From Candidatus Wolfebacteria bacterium GW2011_GWE2_44_13 (GTDB lineage Bacteria > Patescibacteriota > Minisyncoccia > UBA6257 > UBA9933), in contig LCHW01000003.1 in NCBI GenBank assembly GCA_001000675.1, positions 67,873 to 131,872 of the forward strand: DNA of 64,000 nt, in the 5' to 3' direction. The position numbers and the translations under genes were made by a program. Below the pieces are notes generated by a model. The model was not told the DNA's origin and did not search any database. It saw nothing but the letters and a program-made list of their open reading frames with translations. Numbering within the stretch: position 1 is the first letter of the stretch; the number at the start of each line of letters is the position of its first letter. Below are positions 48,160-57,944 of the stretch, one piece after another.

Positions 48160-48681
48160 TTATAATGACTTCATTATTTGCGCTTCTTTTTTTTCCATCG
48201 TTACAGCGTCTTTATCCTCAATATGATCATATCCAAAGAGATGCAGCACTCCATGTACGAGTAAAAAGTCTATTCCCAGAAAACCTTCGGCTTTCTTTTT
48301 GCTCTTTTTAACCCACCAATCGCTCGACATGTCCGGATTAAGATAAATTTCTCCTTTCCTTTGTACTCCATCTTTGGGATGCACAAATTGCTTCGGCTCT
48401 TCAAAACTCAACACATTTGTTGAAGCATCTTTCCCTCGATACTTCTTATTCAACGCTCGCATCTTTCTGTTCCCGATTAAAAACACTTCGATTGACACAC
48501 CCTCTTTTTTTAGAACTGCAAGAATCTCCAATACCTTTTTTTGTACTGGACGAGCGAGTGTCTCAAACTTCTTTTCGATGCTTTGCACCGTTACTGCATT
48601 GGTCATACTGTGATGCGTTACCCTGATTTTATCAAAAGCCCCCCTAAAAAACAAATGCGCCTTTTGGGGCGCATTTGGCAA
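48160..48681 (-). CDS. ybeY: rRNA maturation endoribonuclease YbeY (alternative start at the internal ATG at 48606)
   Basis: HGVLHLFGYDH zinc-binding motif. Confidence 0.8.
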   Translation of the reverse strand: MPNAPQKAHLFFRGAFDKIRVTHHSMTNAVTVQSIEKKFETLARPVQKKVLEILAVLKKEGVSIEVFLIGNRKMRALNKKYRGKDASTNVLSFEEPKQFVHPKDGVQRKGEIYLNPDMSSDWWVKKSKKKAEGFLGIDFLLVHGVLHLFGYDHIEDKDAVTMEKKEAQIMKSL

Positions 48682-48698
48682 TTTTCTCTATCCTCTAT

Positions 48699-49310
48699 TT
48701 ACAAAAATAGTAACACGAGTATCAGCCCCATTAACAGGAATGGCCCATTCTTTTCCAAAAATAGCTCCACCCCGTACCATTTTTTGGGCAACAGCATAAA
48801 CAATACCTTTGACCCATCGAGTGGCGGCAATGGGACCAAGTTAATAACCCCGAGCCACATACTTACTTGTACAATAACCCCTAATAATCCTGGTAATATT
48901 GGGTTTATTGTTGCAAACCAGCCACCTTGCCAAGGGAATACCTGCGCAAACATATCAACATGCGCCCCTGAAATGGCGAGCATACCATAAAATATTCCCG
49001 CAATTATAAAATTACTCGCCGGACCAGCAAGTGCAATCAGCCCGCTATCCCTCTTTGGCCTCTTCAAAAATGCTGGGTTGAATGGAACTGGCCTTGCCCA
49101 ACCAAACAAAATCGGGCTTTGCAACATAAACAACATGGCCGGTAGAAATATCGATCCCATCGGATCAATGTGCTTTACCGGATTCAACGTTAACCGCCCC
49201 GCATCCTTTGCAGTCGGATCGCCTAACTTGTATGCCATAGCACCATGTGCCACTTCGTGGATAATTGCGGCAAACAAAAATACAAATAAATAGAAAAATG
49301 AGATAATCAT
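48699..49310 (-). CDS. M50 family (site-2 protease-like) zinc metalloprotease
   Basis: 203 aa. HEVAHG in the first TM. Polytopic membrane protein. Confidence 0.65.
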   Translation of the reverse strand: MIISFFYLFVFLFAAIIHEVAHGAMAYKLGDPTAKDAGRLTLNPVKHIDPMGSIFLPAMLFMLQSPILFGWARPVPFNPAFLKRPKRDSGLIALAGPASNFIIAGIFYGMLAISGAHVDMFAQVFPWQGGWFATINPILPGLLGVIVQVSMWLGVINLVPLPPLDGSKVLFMLLPKKWYGVELFLEKNGPFLLMGLILVLLFL

Positions 49311-49353
49311 GTCTTTACTATAGTATACGAACGAATGATGCGCGGAACAAGAG

Positions 49354-50763
49354 TTATAACTCTATACAATAATCACAATTGTTAATTATTTCTTCCCTGT
49401 TTTCCGCTATCAACACCGTATTATTTTTATCGATAATCTTTTGTAACACTTTCATAAGTGTCGGCAAATTACTTAAATGCAGCCCTCGAGACGGTATGTC
49501 TAAAATATATACACATCGATCGCTTAGTTTTTTGGATAGTATCTTTGCTAAACGCACTCGTTGTGCCTCTCCCCCGCTTAAGGTGTTTGATCGTTGCCCG
49601 AGTTCTAAATAACCCAGCCCAACCTCCTGTAAAAATCCTAGCTTCCTTACTACTAAGGAGTTCTCCGCAAATAGCTCCACTGCTTCATCTATCGTCATTT
49701 CTAATACATTAGCGATGGACTTATCTTTATATACCGCACGACTTATTTTTTCGTTCGTTTTTTTATCTCTTTTTATATTAAAGCTAAAGGCCGATTTCCC
49801 TAATCGCAGCTTTTTGCTTTCTGGAAGTTTCGCATATACATCCCGGATACTATCCCATATGCCTAGATATGTTGCTGGAGTACTCGTTGCGACTGCACTC
49901 AACAAGGATTGATCCACAAAATATGATCGTCTAATATTTGTCTTTCCCTCAATCGATTCAAATCCCTTCCTTACTTTCCATGCACCAGCGCCCTTAAATA
50001 AAGCACCATACACAACAGAAAGCATTGTCGACTTACCAGAGCCCATTCCCCCTGCAATACAAACGAGACTCCCTAACGGGAATTTCATTTCTCCGTTTTT
50101 TATATTATTTTTATTAATTCCTTTTATCGCCAGCCATTTCCGCTGCATTGCTTGCGCTTTATTGTTTGGATTCCTTTTATAATCAATTTGCTCAGCTCGA
50201 TTTGAAAATGCATACACTGCGGTTTGCGTCTTTGCCTTTTTAAATTCCTCCATCGAACCTTCGAAAATAACCTCGCCTCCTTTTGCTCCTGCGTCTGGGC
50301 CGAATTCTATCACATACTCTGCGCTTCTTATGATGTCTTTGTTATGCTCTACAACAATAACTGAAGCGCCCATTTTTACTATCTCTCTTAAAAGACTTAC
50401 AATGCCATCTCTGTCCTTTTTTGCCATTCCTGCGCATGGCTCATCCACAATCAATAAGTCTCCTGCCTTTACTTCTTTCACCATCTCTCGTAACCGCTTG
50501 TTATTCGTTTCCCCTAAGCTCATTCGCCCCTGTGCCTTTACTTTTTGGCTGATGGCAAATACTTTCGGCAGCGGTCCTACTTCTGCCTCTACAGAATGCC
50601 CTTGCGATGCCTTAACGATAACGTCGTATATGAGTGACGATTTTCCACTCCCGCTCTTTCCTACTATTACTACTAGCTTATTTAGCGGGATATCGACGCT
50701 TATATTTTTTAAATTATTTGCGGTGGCGTTCTTAATGCGAATTGTGTCTATTTTCTTTTTCAT
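49354..50763 (-). CDS. mini-UvrA-like ABC ATPase (two NBDs, no zinc-finger/insertion domains)
   Basis: 469 aa. N-terminal LKNISVDIPLNKLVVIVGKSGSGKSSL (UvrA-like start). Second Walker A GGMGSGKST. Signature LSGGEAQRVRLAKIL. 4-bp overlap with the downstream PHP gene. Confidence 0.55.
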   Translation of the reverse strand: MKKKIDTIRIKNATANNLKNISVDIPLNKLVVIVGKSGSGKSSLIYDVIVKASQGHSVEAEVGPLPKVFAISQKVKAQGRMSLGETNNKRLREMVKEVKAGDLLIVDEPCAGMAKKDRDGIVSLLREIVKMGASVIVVEHNKDIIRSAEYVIEFGPDAGAKGGEVIFEGSMEEFKKAKTQTAVYAFSNRAEQIDYKRNPNNKAQAMQRKWLAIKGINKNNIKNGEMKFPLGSLVCIAGGMGSGKSTMLSVVYGALFKGAGAWKVRKGFESIEGKTNIRRSYFVDQSLLSAVATSTPATYLGIWDSIRDVYAKLPESKKLRLGKSAFSFNIKRDKKTNEKISRAVYKDKSIANVLEMTIDEAVELFAENSLVVRKLGFLQEVGLGYLELGQRSNTLSGGEAQRVRLAKILSKKLSDRCVYILDIPSRGLHLSNLPTLMKVLQKIIDKNNTVLIAENREEIINNCDYCIEL

Positions 50764-52079
50764 GCGATATCTGTTTTTACACTTATTTTCCCATATTCTC
50801 CATCATACCCTGGCAGGATAGTTACGTTGCCTTTGCGCATATTCATAATTCCCTGCACCACCTGTTCATCCGCATGTATTTTCAACTCTTTTTCTGAAAT
50901 ATGCATCAGTATATCAAGTTCCGTACCACATCCAATAATTAACCGCTCATACGCAGCCCGCACTTTTTTTGTCTTTACGCCAACTCCTAATGTATCGGAT
51001 AAAATCTCATCCAGTTGAATAACGGCATAAAATGGAACGCAATTCTCTGCCGTGCGCATATTTCCTTTTTCTGTTACCGCTCTCTTTGCATCGGCAAGTA
51101 CCCCTATTCTATTAAGTACTCCTACTGTTACCGGCTTTTTACATACCGGACACAACCCTTTATTTTTTTTCGTTTCCTTCGGCGTCATCGATATATTACA
51201 TACTCGATGCCCGTCGTGGTAATACTTTCCTTCAGCGGAGAAAAATTCTAGTGTCGCGATAATACGGTTAGCGCTCATGGACCCCCGCGTTCGCGAGGAT
51301 GACATATGTGCGGGACTGCTATTTATGATCGCGCCCCTAATTCCCTTATATGACAGCTCTGCGTCAAAAATTGTCGCCTCTCGTCCAATTTTTTGTGGAC
51401 TATGCGAATCTGAATTTGAAATCATAGCAACAGCATCTAAGCCGGAACATTGCCAATTCATTGCCGGATCACTAGAGAGCCCTGTTTCTACTGCAATTAT
51501 TTTATCGGTATATGCACCAAAACATTCCTGCAGCGAGTCAAACCCGGACATCGACCCAAGCACGCCAAACCACGGTGTCCATAGATGCGCCGGTATCATC
51601 ATCGCTGTTGGTTCGATATCGAATAGTATTTTTGCTAAAACCTCACAATCGATTCCCAAAATCGGACGCCCATCAGAAACGATATTCCCCCGCTTTCCTA
51701 ACTCGGTATTTAATTTTTTCGCGCTCTCGAGCGATGGCAGCAAAATAATATTGTGCACTCTGCGTGTTTTTCCTCCGCGCGAATAGATACTCGATATTTC
51801 GCCCGAAAGAATAAATCGTGTGTCTGCCACCACGCCTCGCATCGTTGTACGCTTATATTTCTTTTTCAATCGAAACAAGCCTTGCTCTGCAGGCTCTAAT
51901 TTATCAGACAATTCCTTAAACCACTTCGGATGCGTACAATCCCCTGTTCCTATAACGGTAATTCCCTTTTCGCCGGCAACCTTATCAATTTCTTCCAAAA
52001 TCATATCCTTACTCGTTGCTCGGCTATATTTTGAATGCATATGTAAATCCGCAATGAATTTCATATGTGCATAATACAT
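50760..52079 (-). CDS. PHP-domain protein with C-terminal zinc finger (EndoQ-like / TIGR00375-type)
   Basis: 439 aa. N-terminal DLHMHSKYSRATS PHP motif. CPVCKKP zinc motif. Confidence 0.5.
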   Translation of the reverse strand: MYYAHMKFIADLHMHSKYSRATSKDMILEEIDKVAGEKGITVIGTGDCTHPKWFKELSDKLEPAEQGLFRLKKKYKRTTMRGVVADTRFILSGEISSIYSRGGKTRRVHNIILLPSLESAKKLNTELGKRGNIVSDGRPILGIDCEVLAKILFDIEPTAMMIPAHLWTPWFGVLGSMSGFDSLQECFGAYTDKIIAVETGLSSDPAMNWQCSGLDAVAMISNSDSHSPQKIGREATIFDAELSYKGIRGAIINSSPAHMSSSRTRGSMSANRIIATLEFFSAEGKYYHDGHRVCNISMTPKETKKNKGLCPVCKKPVTVGVLNRIGVLADAKRAVTEKGNMRTAENCVPFYAVIQLDEILSDTLGVGVKTKKVRAAYERLIIGCGTELDILMHISEKELKIHADEQVVQGIMNMRKGNVTILPGYDGEYGKISVKTDIA

Positions 52080-52149
52080 CCTCTACCTTTTTTCTACAAT
52101 AAAAAAGTAGCCCCCGTCCATGTGGGCTACTTTTTATACGGCTCCCTCT

Positions 52150-53220
52150 TTAGGCTTTTGCCTCTTTCTCTTTTACTGGAGCTTCTGGTTCTTTTTCTCC
52201 CATCGCTTTCATCGCCTGTGCGATTGCTGCGTTTGTTTTTTTGCGAATTGCTTCCACCATCTTCTTATTTGCTTTCAATGCTTCGCGTGCTGCTTCTACG
52301 CCCACGCCAAGCTTTTCTCCTTCAAATGCATAGGTATTTCCATTCTTATCGATTGTGCTCATCTTCAAGCCCATAGTAAGAATATCCCCTTCGTAAGAAA
52401 TCCCCTCTCCATACATAATATCGAATTCAGTCGCTTTGAATGGAGGAGCAACTTTATTCTTAACTACCTTTACCGTTACTCTGTTTCCGATTACATCTTC
52501 ACCTTTCTTAATCTGCGCATTGCGGCGGATATCAAGACGAACTGAAGAATAGAACTTTAGCGCACGACCTCCTGGTGTTGTTTCTGGGCTTCCAAACATG
52601 ACGCCAATTTTTTCTCGAATCTGGTTGATGAAAATAATGAGCACCTTTTTTCTGTCTGCGAGTGCTACCAACTTACGCAATGCTTGTCCCATAAGACGTG
52701 CTTGCAATCCCATAAACTGGGCACCCATCTCTCCTTCGATTTCTGCACGGGGCGTCAACGCTGCCACCGAGTCAACAATAATAATGTCGAGAATTCCCGA
52801 GCTTACTAAGCTTTCTAGAATATTTAGCGCTTCTTCTCCGCTATCTGGCTGTGAAATAAGTAAGTCGTTTACCCTTACCCCGAGCTTTTGCGCGTAGTCA
52901 GGATCGAGTGCGTGTTCTGCATCAATAAACGCAGCGCGCCCCCCTTTCTTTTGCGCCTCGGCAATCGCGTGTAATGCAAGGGTCGTTTTCCCAGAACTTT
53001 CTGGCCCATAAATTTCTACGATACGTCCTTTTGGATATCCCCCCACTCCTAATGCAATATCCAACGAGAATGAGCCCGACGGAATAACATCCACGTGTAC
53101 CCGCTTAATATCATTCAGCTTCATAATTGCTCCATCGCCAAACTTACTCTGCATCGATTCGAGCAATTGATCCATATCCTTCACTTCTCCATCCGCTTGT
53201 TTTACTTTTTTTGTAGCCAT
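52150..53220 (-). CDS. recA: recombinase RecA
   Basis: Start at MATKKV (ATG at 53220). GPESSGKTT Walker A. L1/L2 loops. The 53-codon extension in the ORF track (..VIPAKAGIH..) reads through a REP-like repeat. Confidence 0.95.
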   Translation of the reverse strand: MATKKVKQADGEVKDMDQLLESMQSKFGDGAIMKLNDIKRVHVDVIPSGSFSLDIALGVGGYPKGRIVEIYGPESSGKTTLALHAIAEAQKKGGRAAFIDAEHALDPDYAQKLGVRVNDLLISQPDSGEEALNILESLVSSGILDIIIVDSVAALTPRAEIEGEMGAQFMGLQARLMGQALRKLVALADRKKVLIIFINQIREKIGVMFGSPETTPGGRALKFYSSVRLDIRRNAQIKKGEDVIGNRVTVKVVKNKVAPPFKATEFDIMYGEGISYEGDILTMGLKMSTIDKNGNTYAFEGEKLGVGVEAAREALKANKKMVEAIRKKTNAAIAQAMKAMGEKEPEAPVKEKEAKA

Positions 53221-53243
53221 GATAATAAAATTATTTTTGTAAT

Positions 53244-53268
53244 GGATTCCCGCCTTCGCGGGAATGAC
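53244..53268. repeat. REP-like palindromic repeat copy GGATTCCCGCCTTCGCGGGAATGAC, followed by the GCCCGCGGGC palindrome
   Basis: Consensus copy, immediately upstream of recA. Confidence 0.85.
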
Positions 53269-53398
53269 AGGCCCGCGGGCACTTGTGTATTTGGATAAAG
53301 TGCGCGGCGCGGGGAAGTCGGCGAGGAAGGTGTGCTGATTGTACACCGACCGATCCGACGGGGCTCCATAACGAAGCAATTTGCCAAATACACAAGTT

Positions 53399-54037
53399 TT
53401 ATTGTTGGTAGATTATTTGTTTAACCGTTATAGACTCTTTCCCTAATAATCGCTTCACCTTGAACTCTACACTATTGATTCCTGGCTCCAAGGAAATATT
53501 CTTTTCAAAATATCCGTTTCTGTCTATCGCTATATCTTCGTTGTTTATTGTAAGATATTCTCCTGGATTGATTTTACCGCGTAAGTCGATTGCCGATTCA
53601 TATACAACCACACTGTCTTCGATTGGATTCTGAATGTCAATTGCAGCTCCACCAATATTTTTTTTCACAATAATCGTTGCGACAATGAGCAGTACAACGA
53701 TTGCGATAATCGCTCCAATCTTTTTCCTATTCACTCGTTTAAATGCGAATCGGTTTGCTGGAAGCCTATCCCCCATGCCCGACGTTTTAAGCTCTTGCTG
53801 TTTTTTGTATGCTTGCCACAGTTGCTGCCCCTCGAGCCCAAGTGCTCCCGCTATTTTTATTAAATAGCCACGCACATACGGAGCAGGCGGAAGACCCTTT
53901 TGCTCGTCATCCAAAAACAATACAATGTATCGCTCTGGGATGTCGGTTAGCTCTGCTAAGCGGGCAATGGATACCTTCTTTTCGCGCATCGACTCCTCTA
54001 ATAATTCTTTTACTGTTGTTCGTTCTTCCATAATCAT
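53399..54037 (-). CDS. rodZ: RodZ-like cytoskeleton protein (N-terminal XRE HTH + TM)
   Basis: 212 aa. [20 protein letters not shown]...APYVRGYL. One TM. Confidence 0.55.
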   Translation of the reverse strand: MIMEERTTVKELLEESMREKKVSIARLAELTDIPERYIVLFLDDEQKGLPPAPYVRGYLIKIAGALGLEGQQLWQAYKKQQELKTSGMGDRLPANRFAFKRVNRKKIGAIIAIVVLLIVATIIVKKNIGGAAIDIQNPIEDSVVVYESAIDLRGKINPGEYLTINNEDIAIDRNGYFEKNISLEPGINSVEFKVKRLLGKESITVKQIIYQQ

Positions 54038-56214
54038 TCTCCTTCTTTTAGAAATACTTCACGAGGATTCGCGCCTTTCGACGGGCCAACGATTCCTTTT
54101 TCTTCCATAATATCCAGCAATCGCGCTGCTCGAGCATATCCCACCTTCAACCTCCGCTGTAATAGGGACGCTGAAGCTTTTTCTGCCTGTACAACAACTT
54201 CAATGGCTTGTTCAAGCAGTTCGTCTTCATCGCCGTTTCCGGAGAATGCGTCGAATATTCCTGCGCCTTCTCCATCCCCCTCGCTTGCGGGTTTCGCGTC
54301 AAAAGATACTTCTTCGCCCATTATATCCTTATTTTTCTCCTTAATAAACTCTGCTACTTTTTGGATCTCTTCTTCAGATACAAACGCTCCTTGAATGCGC
54401 TTTGGTTTATCATGGGTCATAACGAGCATATCCCCTCCTCCGAGCAATTTTTCTGCACCCGACATATCCAAAATTGTGCGCGAGTCTATTTGGCTCGCTA
54501 CCTGTAACGCAATACGCGCAGGAATATTTGCCTTAATAAGCCCTGTAACAACTTCTACGGATGGTCGCTGCGTGGAAAGAATCAAATGGATTCCCGTCGC
54601 GCGCGCCATCTGTGCAATGCGCACAATAGAACCTTCTACTTCTTTCCCATAGGTGCTCATTAAGTCGGCAAGCTCGTCTACGACAATCACAACGTATGGT
54701 AGGGTTTCACTTGGATTTTTCTTATTATAACTTCCTAAGTCACGTGATCCTGCGTGCTCAAACATTTCATATCGTCTATCCATTTCGTTTAGCGCCCATC
54801 GAAATACGCCCATTGATTTCTTTGACTGAGTCACTACCGGTGCGATTAAATGCGGAATGCCCGAATACACAGAAAGTTCTACGCGCTTCGGATCGATCAT
54901 AATTAACCGCAATGTTTTTGGCGAGTTCTTATACAGCAGTGACAAAATAATCGAGTGAATCGTCACAGACTTTCCTGATCCTGTGCTTCCTGCAACGAGT
55001 AAGTGCGGCATCTTTGCAATATTCGCAAACATCGGCTCCCCTGTTACATCACGACCAACTGCAAAACTTAACTGACCACTTTCTGCAAATTCCGGATAAT
55101 TAATCAAGCTCCCTAAGCGAACTACCGCGGCGGCTTTATTTGGCACTTCAATACCTACTAATGATTTTCCTGGAATTGGGGCTTCGATACGAATAGGATG
55201 TGCAGCAAGTGCAAGTGCAAGGTCTTGATTCAACGCAGTAATGCGGGACAGCTTTACGCCCTCCGCCGGCTTCAAGGTAAATCGCGTTACCTTCGGCCCC
55301 ACGTTAATTTCTCCCATTTCTACTACAATGCCAAAACTCTCCAATGTGCGCTTAATAATGTTCGCGTTTGCACGCAAATCTCCTGATTGTGGTTTTTCTA
55401 CGGACGAGCGCAACAGATCAAGCGGTGGAAATACGTAATCTTTATCGTCTTGTGTACTTAATGTCTCACCCTTTTTAGGCTTACTCGCTATGACGGATGC
55501 TATTTTTTCTCGCATCGTCGATTCAACAATGATTTCTTCTTCTGTTTCCTCTTCTATCTCTTCTGCTTTTTCCTCTTCCTTCTTGACCGATTCCTTCAAC
55601 GCCTCTGACTCTTCTTCTACGCCCTCCTCTTCTTCTACGACCCATTCTTTTCCTTCTCGCTTGATTCTAATAGGAAGATTTAGCGTTACTAAAAATGAAA
55701 CGATGAGCATAATAACGATTACGATAATCGCTGCCGTATATCCAAATAGCGACTCCAACGCGCCCACCATCTTCCCCATGAATCCTCCGTTATCTGGAGA
55801 CAGCACATCGATCAATCCAAGTCCTGATAATACAAACAGTCCTGCGCCAAAAAAAGTAATTCCGTATATCTTTCTTCGTTCTGATGTCAAAAACACTCCG
55901 CCCATTACCGTAAGGATTAGCGGCAACAAATAATACCCCCAACCAAACAAGCTGCGGAATATGTCATACAAAAAATTTCCTGCTGGACCAGCATTTTGAA
56001 AACCTGCCAAAAGTAATATTACGGCTACCCCAAATAAAATGACTGCCCAAATACTTTTTTTCGTTTCTGGGTGCAATCGCAAATCAGGCAAAAATCCGCC
56101 CCCTTCTTCTTCGGCCTCCACGTCCTTTGGCTTTCTCCCTCTCTTTTTTGCAATAGCTTTTTCCTCCTGCTCTTTAAGCTCTTTTTTAGTCTTCTTTTTC
56201 GCCATTGGCTTCAT
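54034..56214 (-). CDS. ftsK: DNA translocase FtsK/SpoIIIE
   Basis: 726 aa. N-terminal TMs. Acidic linker. Motor with AGSTGSGKS Walker A. Gamma domain. Confidence 0.9.
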   Translation of the reverse strand: MKPMAKKKTKKELKEQEEKAIAKKRGRKPKDVEAEEEGGGFLPDLRLHPETKKSIWAVILFGVAVILLLAGFQNAGPAGNFLYDIFRSLFGWGYYLLPLILTVMGGVFLTSERRKIYGITFFGAGLFVLSGLGLIDVLSPDNGGFMGKMVGALESLFGYTAAIIVIVIMLIVSFLVTLNLPIRIKREGKEWVVEEEEGVEEESEALKESVKKEEEKAEEIEEETEEEIIVESTMREKIASVIASKPKKGETLSTQDDKDYVFPPLDLLRSSVEKPQSGDLRANANIIKRTLESFGIVVEMGEINVGPKVTRFTLKPAEGVKLSRITALNQDLALALAAHPIRIEAPIPGKSLVGIEVPNKAAAVVRLGSLINYPEFAESGQLSFAVGRDVTGEPMFANIAKMPHLLVAGSTGSGKSVTIHSIILSLLYKNSPKTLRLIMIDPKRVELSVYSGIPHLIAPVVTQSKKSMGVFRWALNEMDRRYEMFEHAGSRDLGSYNKKNPSETLPYVVIVVDELADLMSTYGKEVEGSIVRIAQMARATGIHLILSTQRPSVEVVTGLIKANIPARIALQVASQIDSRTILDMSGAEKLLGGGDMLVMTHDKPKRIQGAFVSEEEIQKVAEFIKEKNKDIMGEEVSFDAKPASEGDGEGAGIFDAFSGNGDEDELLEQAIEVVVQAEKASASLLQRRLKVGYARAARLLDIMEEKGIVGPSKGANPREVFLKEGE

Positions 56215-56322
56215 TGTAGCATCAACAGAGGGCTTAGTTCAAATATGCTAAAACTTGTCGTATATACCATATTATGGTACGGTACTAGTAGTAATCATTC
56301 CCAACCCACAGAGGAGTCGGAT

Positions 56323-56622
56323 ATGAAAAAAGTTCCTTGCCCTCATAAGGGGTACTGCTCAGTCGGCAGTAAACGATGCGTCATTGAATACTACCGCAAT
56401 TGTCGAATCCCCAGTATTCACTACATCACAACCACCCTCACTCACGCCGACTATCAACACCTCGACACACTCGACAAGGTAGCGTTTATCAAAACGTGCT
56501 TCGGCGTGAACACGGCCGAGGTGGAGACAACGTATTCCGCTAGCCAACTTGCCCGAATCGTGCGCGCACGCCTCGACATCACCTTCCCGCCTCCTTTCGA
56601 GCACCCCTCCCTACCGGCTTAA
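56323..56622 (+). CDS. hypothetical protein, GC-rich ORFan (99 aa)
   Basis: A GAGGAG SD sits 6 nt upstream of the ATG. Cys-rich N-terminus CPHKGYCSVGSKRC. The upstream part of ORF 56071.. is antisense to ftsK. Confidence 0.35.
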   Translation: MKKVPCPHKGYCSVGSKRCVIEYYRNCRIPSIHYITTTLTHADYQHLDTLDKVAFIKTCFGVNTAEVETTYSASQLARIVRARLDITFPPPFEHPSLPA

Positions 56623-56655
56623 CCGCCGGTCTTTTTTTATTGCGTGTAATTCCGT

Positions 56656-57369
56656 ATGCTATCGATAATGAAGGATGATAGGCGTACAACGTTTCATATT
56701 GGTATCGATGAAGTTGGTCGCGGTCCGCTTGCTGGCCCTGTTGTTGTATGCGCCGTCGCGATCCCCGCTCGCTGCAAGCCTTCGTCTATTATAAAAAAAT
56801 TTGCATCTCGTTCTTCGATGCAACTTCGAGATTCTAAAAAACTTACTGCGCCACAGCGCGCTCTATGGGCTACTGCAATTAAATCTGATTCGCGTATTTT
56901 TTATTCACTTGCCTCGATGTCTCCGCGTGTAGTCGATCGTATCAATGTCACTCAAGCAGCGAATCATGCCGCAACGCGAGCGGTTGCAAAACTTATCACT
57001 CAACTCCCCGCTCCGGCAAAGATTGAAGTTTTTCTTGATGGAGGAATTTTTCTTCTCGAAACACGAAAAATGAAACATGAAAAACGAGGAAGATTTCTTT
57101 CGACCTGTGTTTATACTGATGCCGAAAAAAAATTTTGTTTCCCCGTGGCCACAATCATAAAGGGTGACGAAAAAATCCCCGCTATCTCTCTTGCCTCCAT
57201 TCTTGCCAAAGAATACCGTGATGCGCTTATGCATCGTGTACATAAAAAATATCCCTTCTACGGATTTGATACGCATGTCGGTTATGGTACAAAAAAACAT
57301 ATTGCCGCAATTCACGCGCATGGTCGCACACCGCACCATCGAGAAAGTTTTCTTAAAAAAATCATCTGA
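56656..57369 (+). CDS. rnhB: ribonuclease HII
   Basis: 237 aa. GIDEVGRGPLAGPVV and DSK motifs. Confidence 0.85.
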   Translation: MLSIMKDDRRTTFHIGIDEVGRGPLAGPVVVCAVAIPARCKPSSIIKKFASRSSMQLRDSKKLTAPQRALWATAIKSDSRIFYSLASMSPRVVDRINVTQAANHAATRAVAKLITQLPAPAKIEVFLDGGIFLLETRKMKHEKRGRFLSTCVYTDAEKKFCFPVATIIKGDEKIPAISLASILAKEYRDALMHRVHKKYPFYGFDTHVGYGTKKHIAAIHAHGRTPHHRESFLKKII

Positions 57370-57374
57370 ATGTT

Positions 57375-57434
57375 GTCATTCCCGCGAAGGCGGGAATCCA
57401 GCATTTAATAGATTCCCGCCTTCGCGGGAATGAC
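57375..57434. repeat. two inverted REP-like repeat copies (GTCATTCCCGCGAAGGCGGGAATCC and GATTCCCGCCTTCGCGGGAATGAC)
   Basis: Immediately downstream of rnhB. Confidence 0.85.
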
Positions 57435-57944
57435 AAAAAATATAAAAAAGAAAAAGCCCCATCCGAAGATGGAGCTTATCATGAGCCGACCGAAGTCAGC
57501 GAAAGAAACGAAGGTGCTTGTCGTCCGCCTAGAGCAGAAGACCAATGTGCTTGCTTGAGGGACAAGTGTTTCCCTTGAGCGAAAGTGTTTGCTGTAAAGA
57601 ATATATTTTTCTTTACATGCGATTTATAAAACTTCGGAGAGAAGTAAAGAGAAGAAATATTAGAGAAGTGAGAAAATTTAATTGTAGGGCAGTAAGGTTG
57701 AATGTGCTGGCGATTACCGACACAAGTGATCAGTTTGTGTGGCTTTCACGAGAACAACCAAAGATGCATTCAGGGGTTGTCGTATACCTCCTGCAAAAAA
57801 CGATGTTTCTCTTTTCCTCTATGAAGTTTTATACTTCTATTATATAGTTCCTTGTATCGTAATGCAACTATATTTGTGGATAACCGCGTAAAGTTCGCCC
57901 GAGGCGAACCACGCGGCAAGACCCTTTTCGCGCTATATTATTTT

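Noticed and set aside
52150-53379. Long N-terminal extension of RecA (and of Rpe at 8469..9215) in the ORF track
   Set aside because: The extensions are in-frame read-through of REP-like repeats (..VIPAKAGIH.., ..SFPRRRES..). Conserved starts MATKKV and MKVIPT were used instead.
55490-55933. 147-aa plus-strand Ser-rich ORF
   Set aside because: Antisense to the acidic linker of ftsK.
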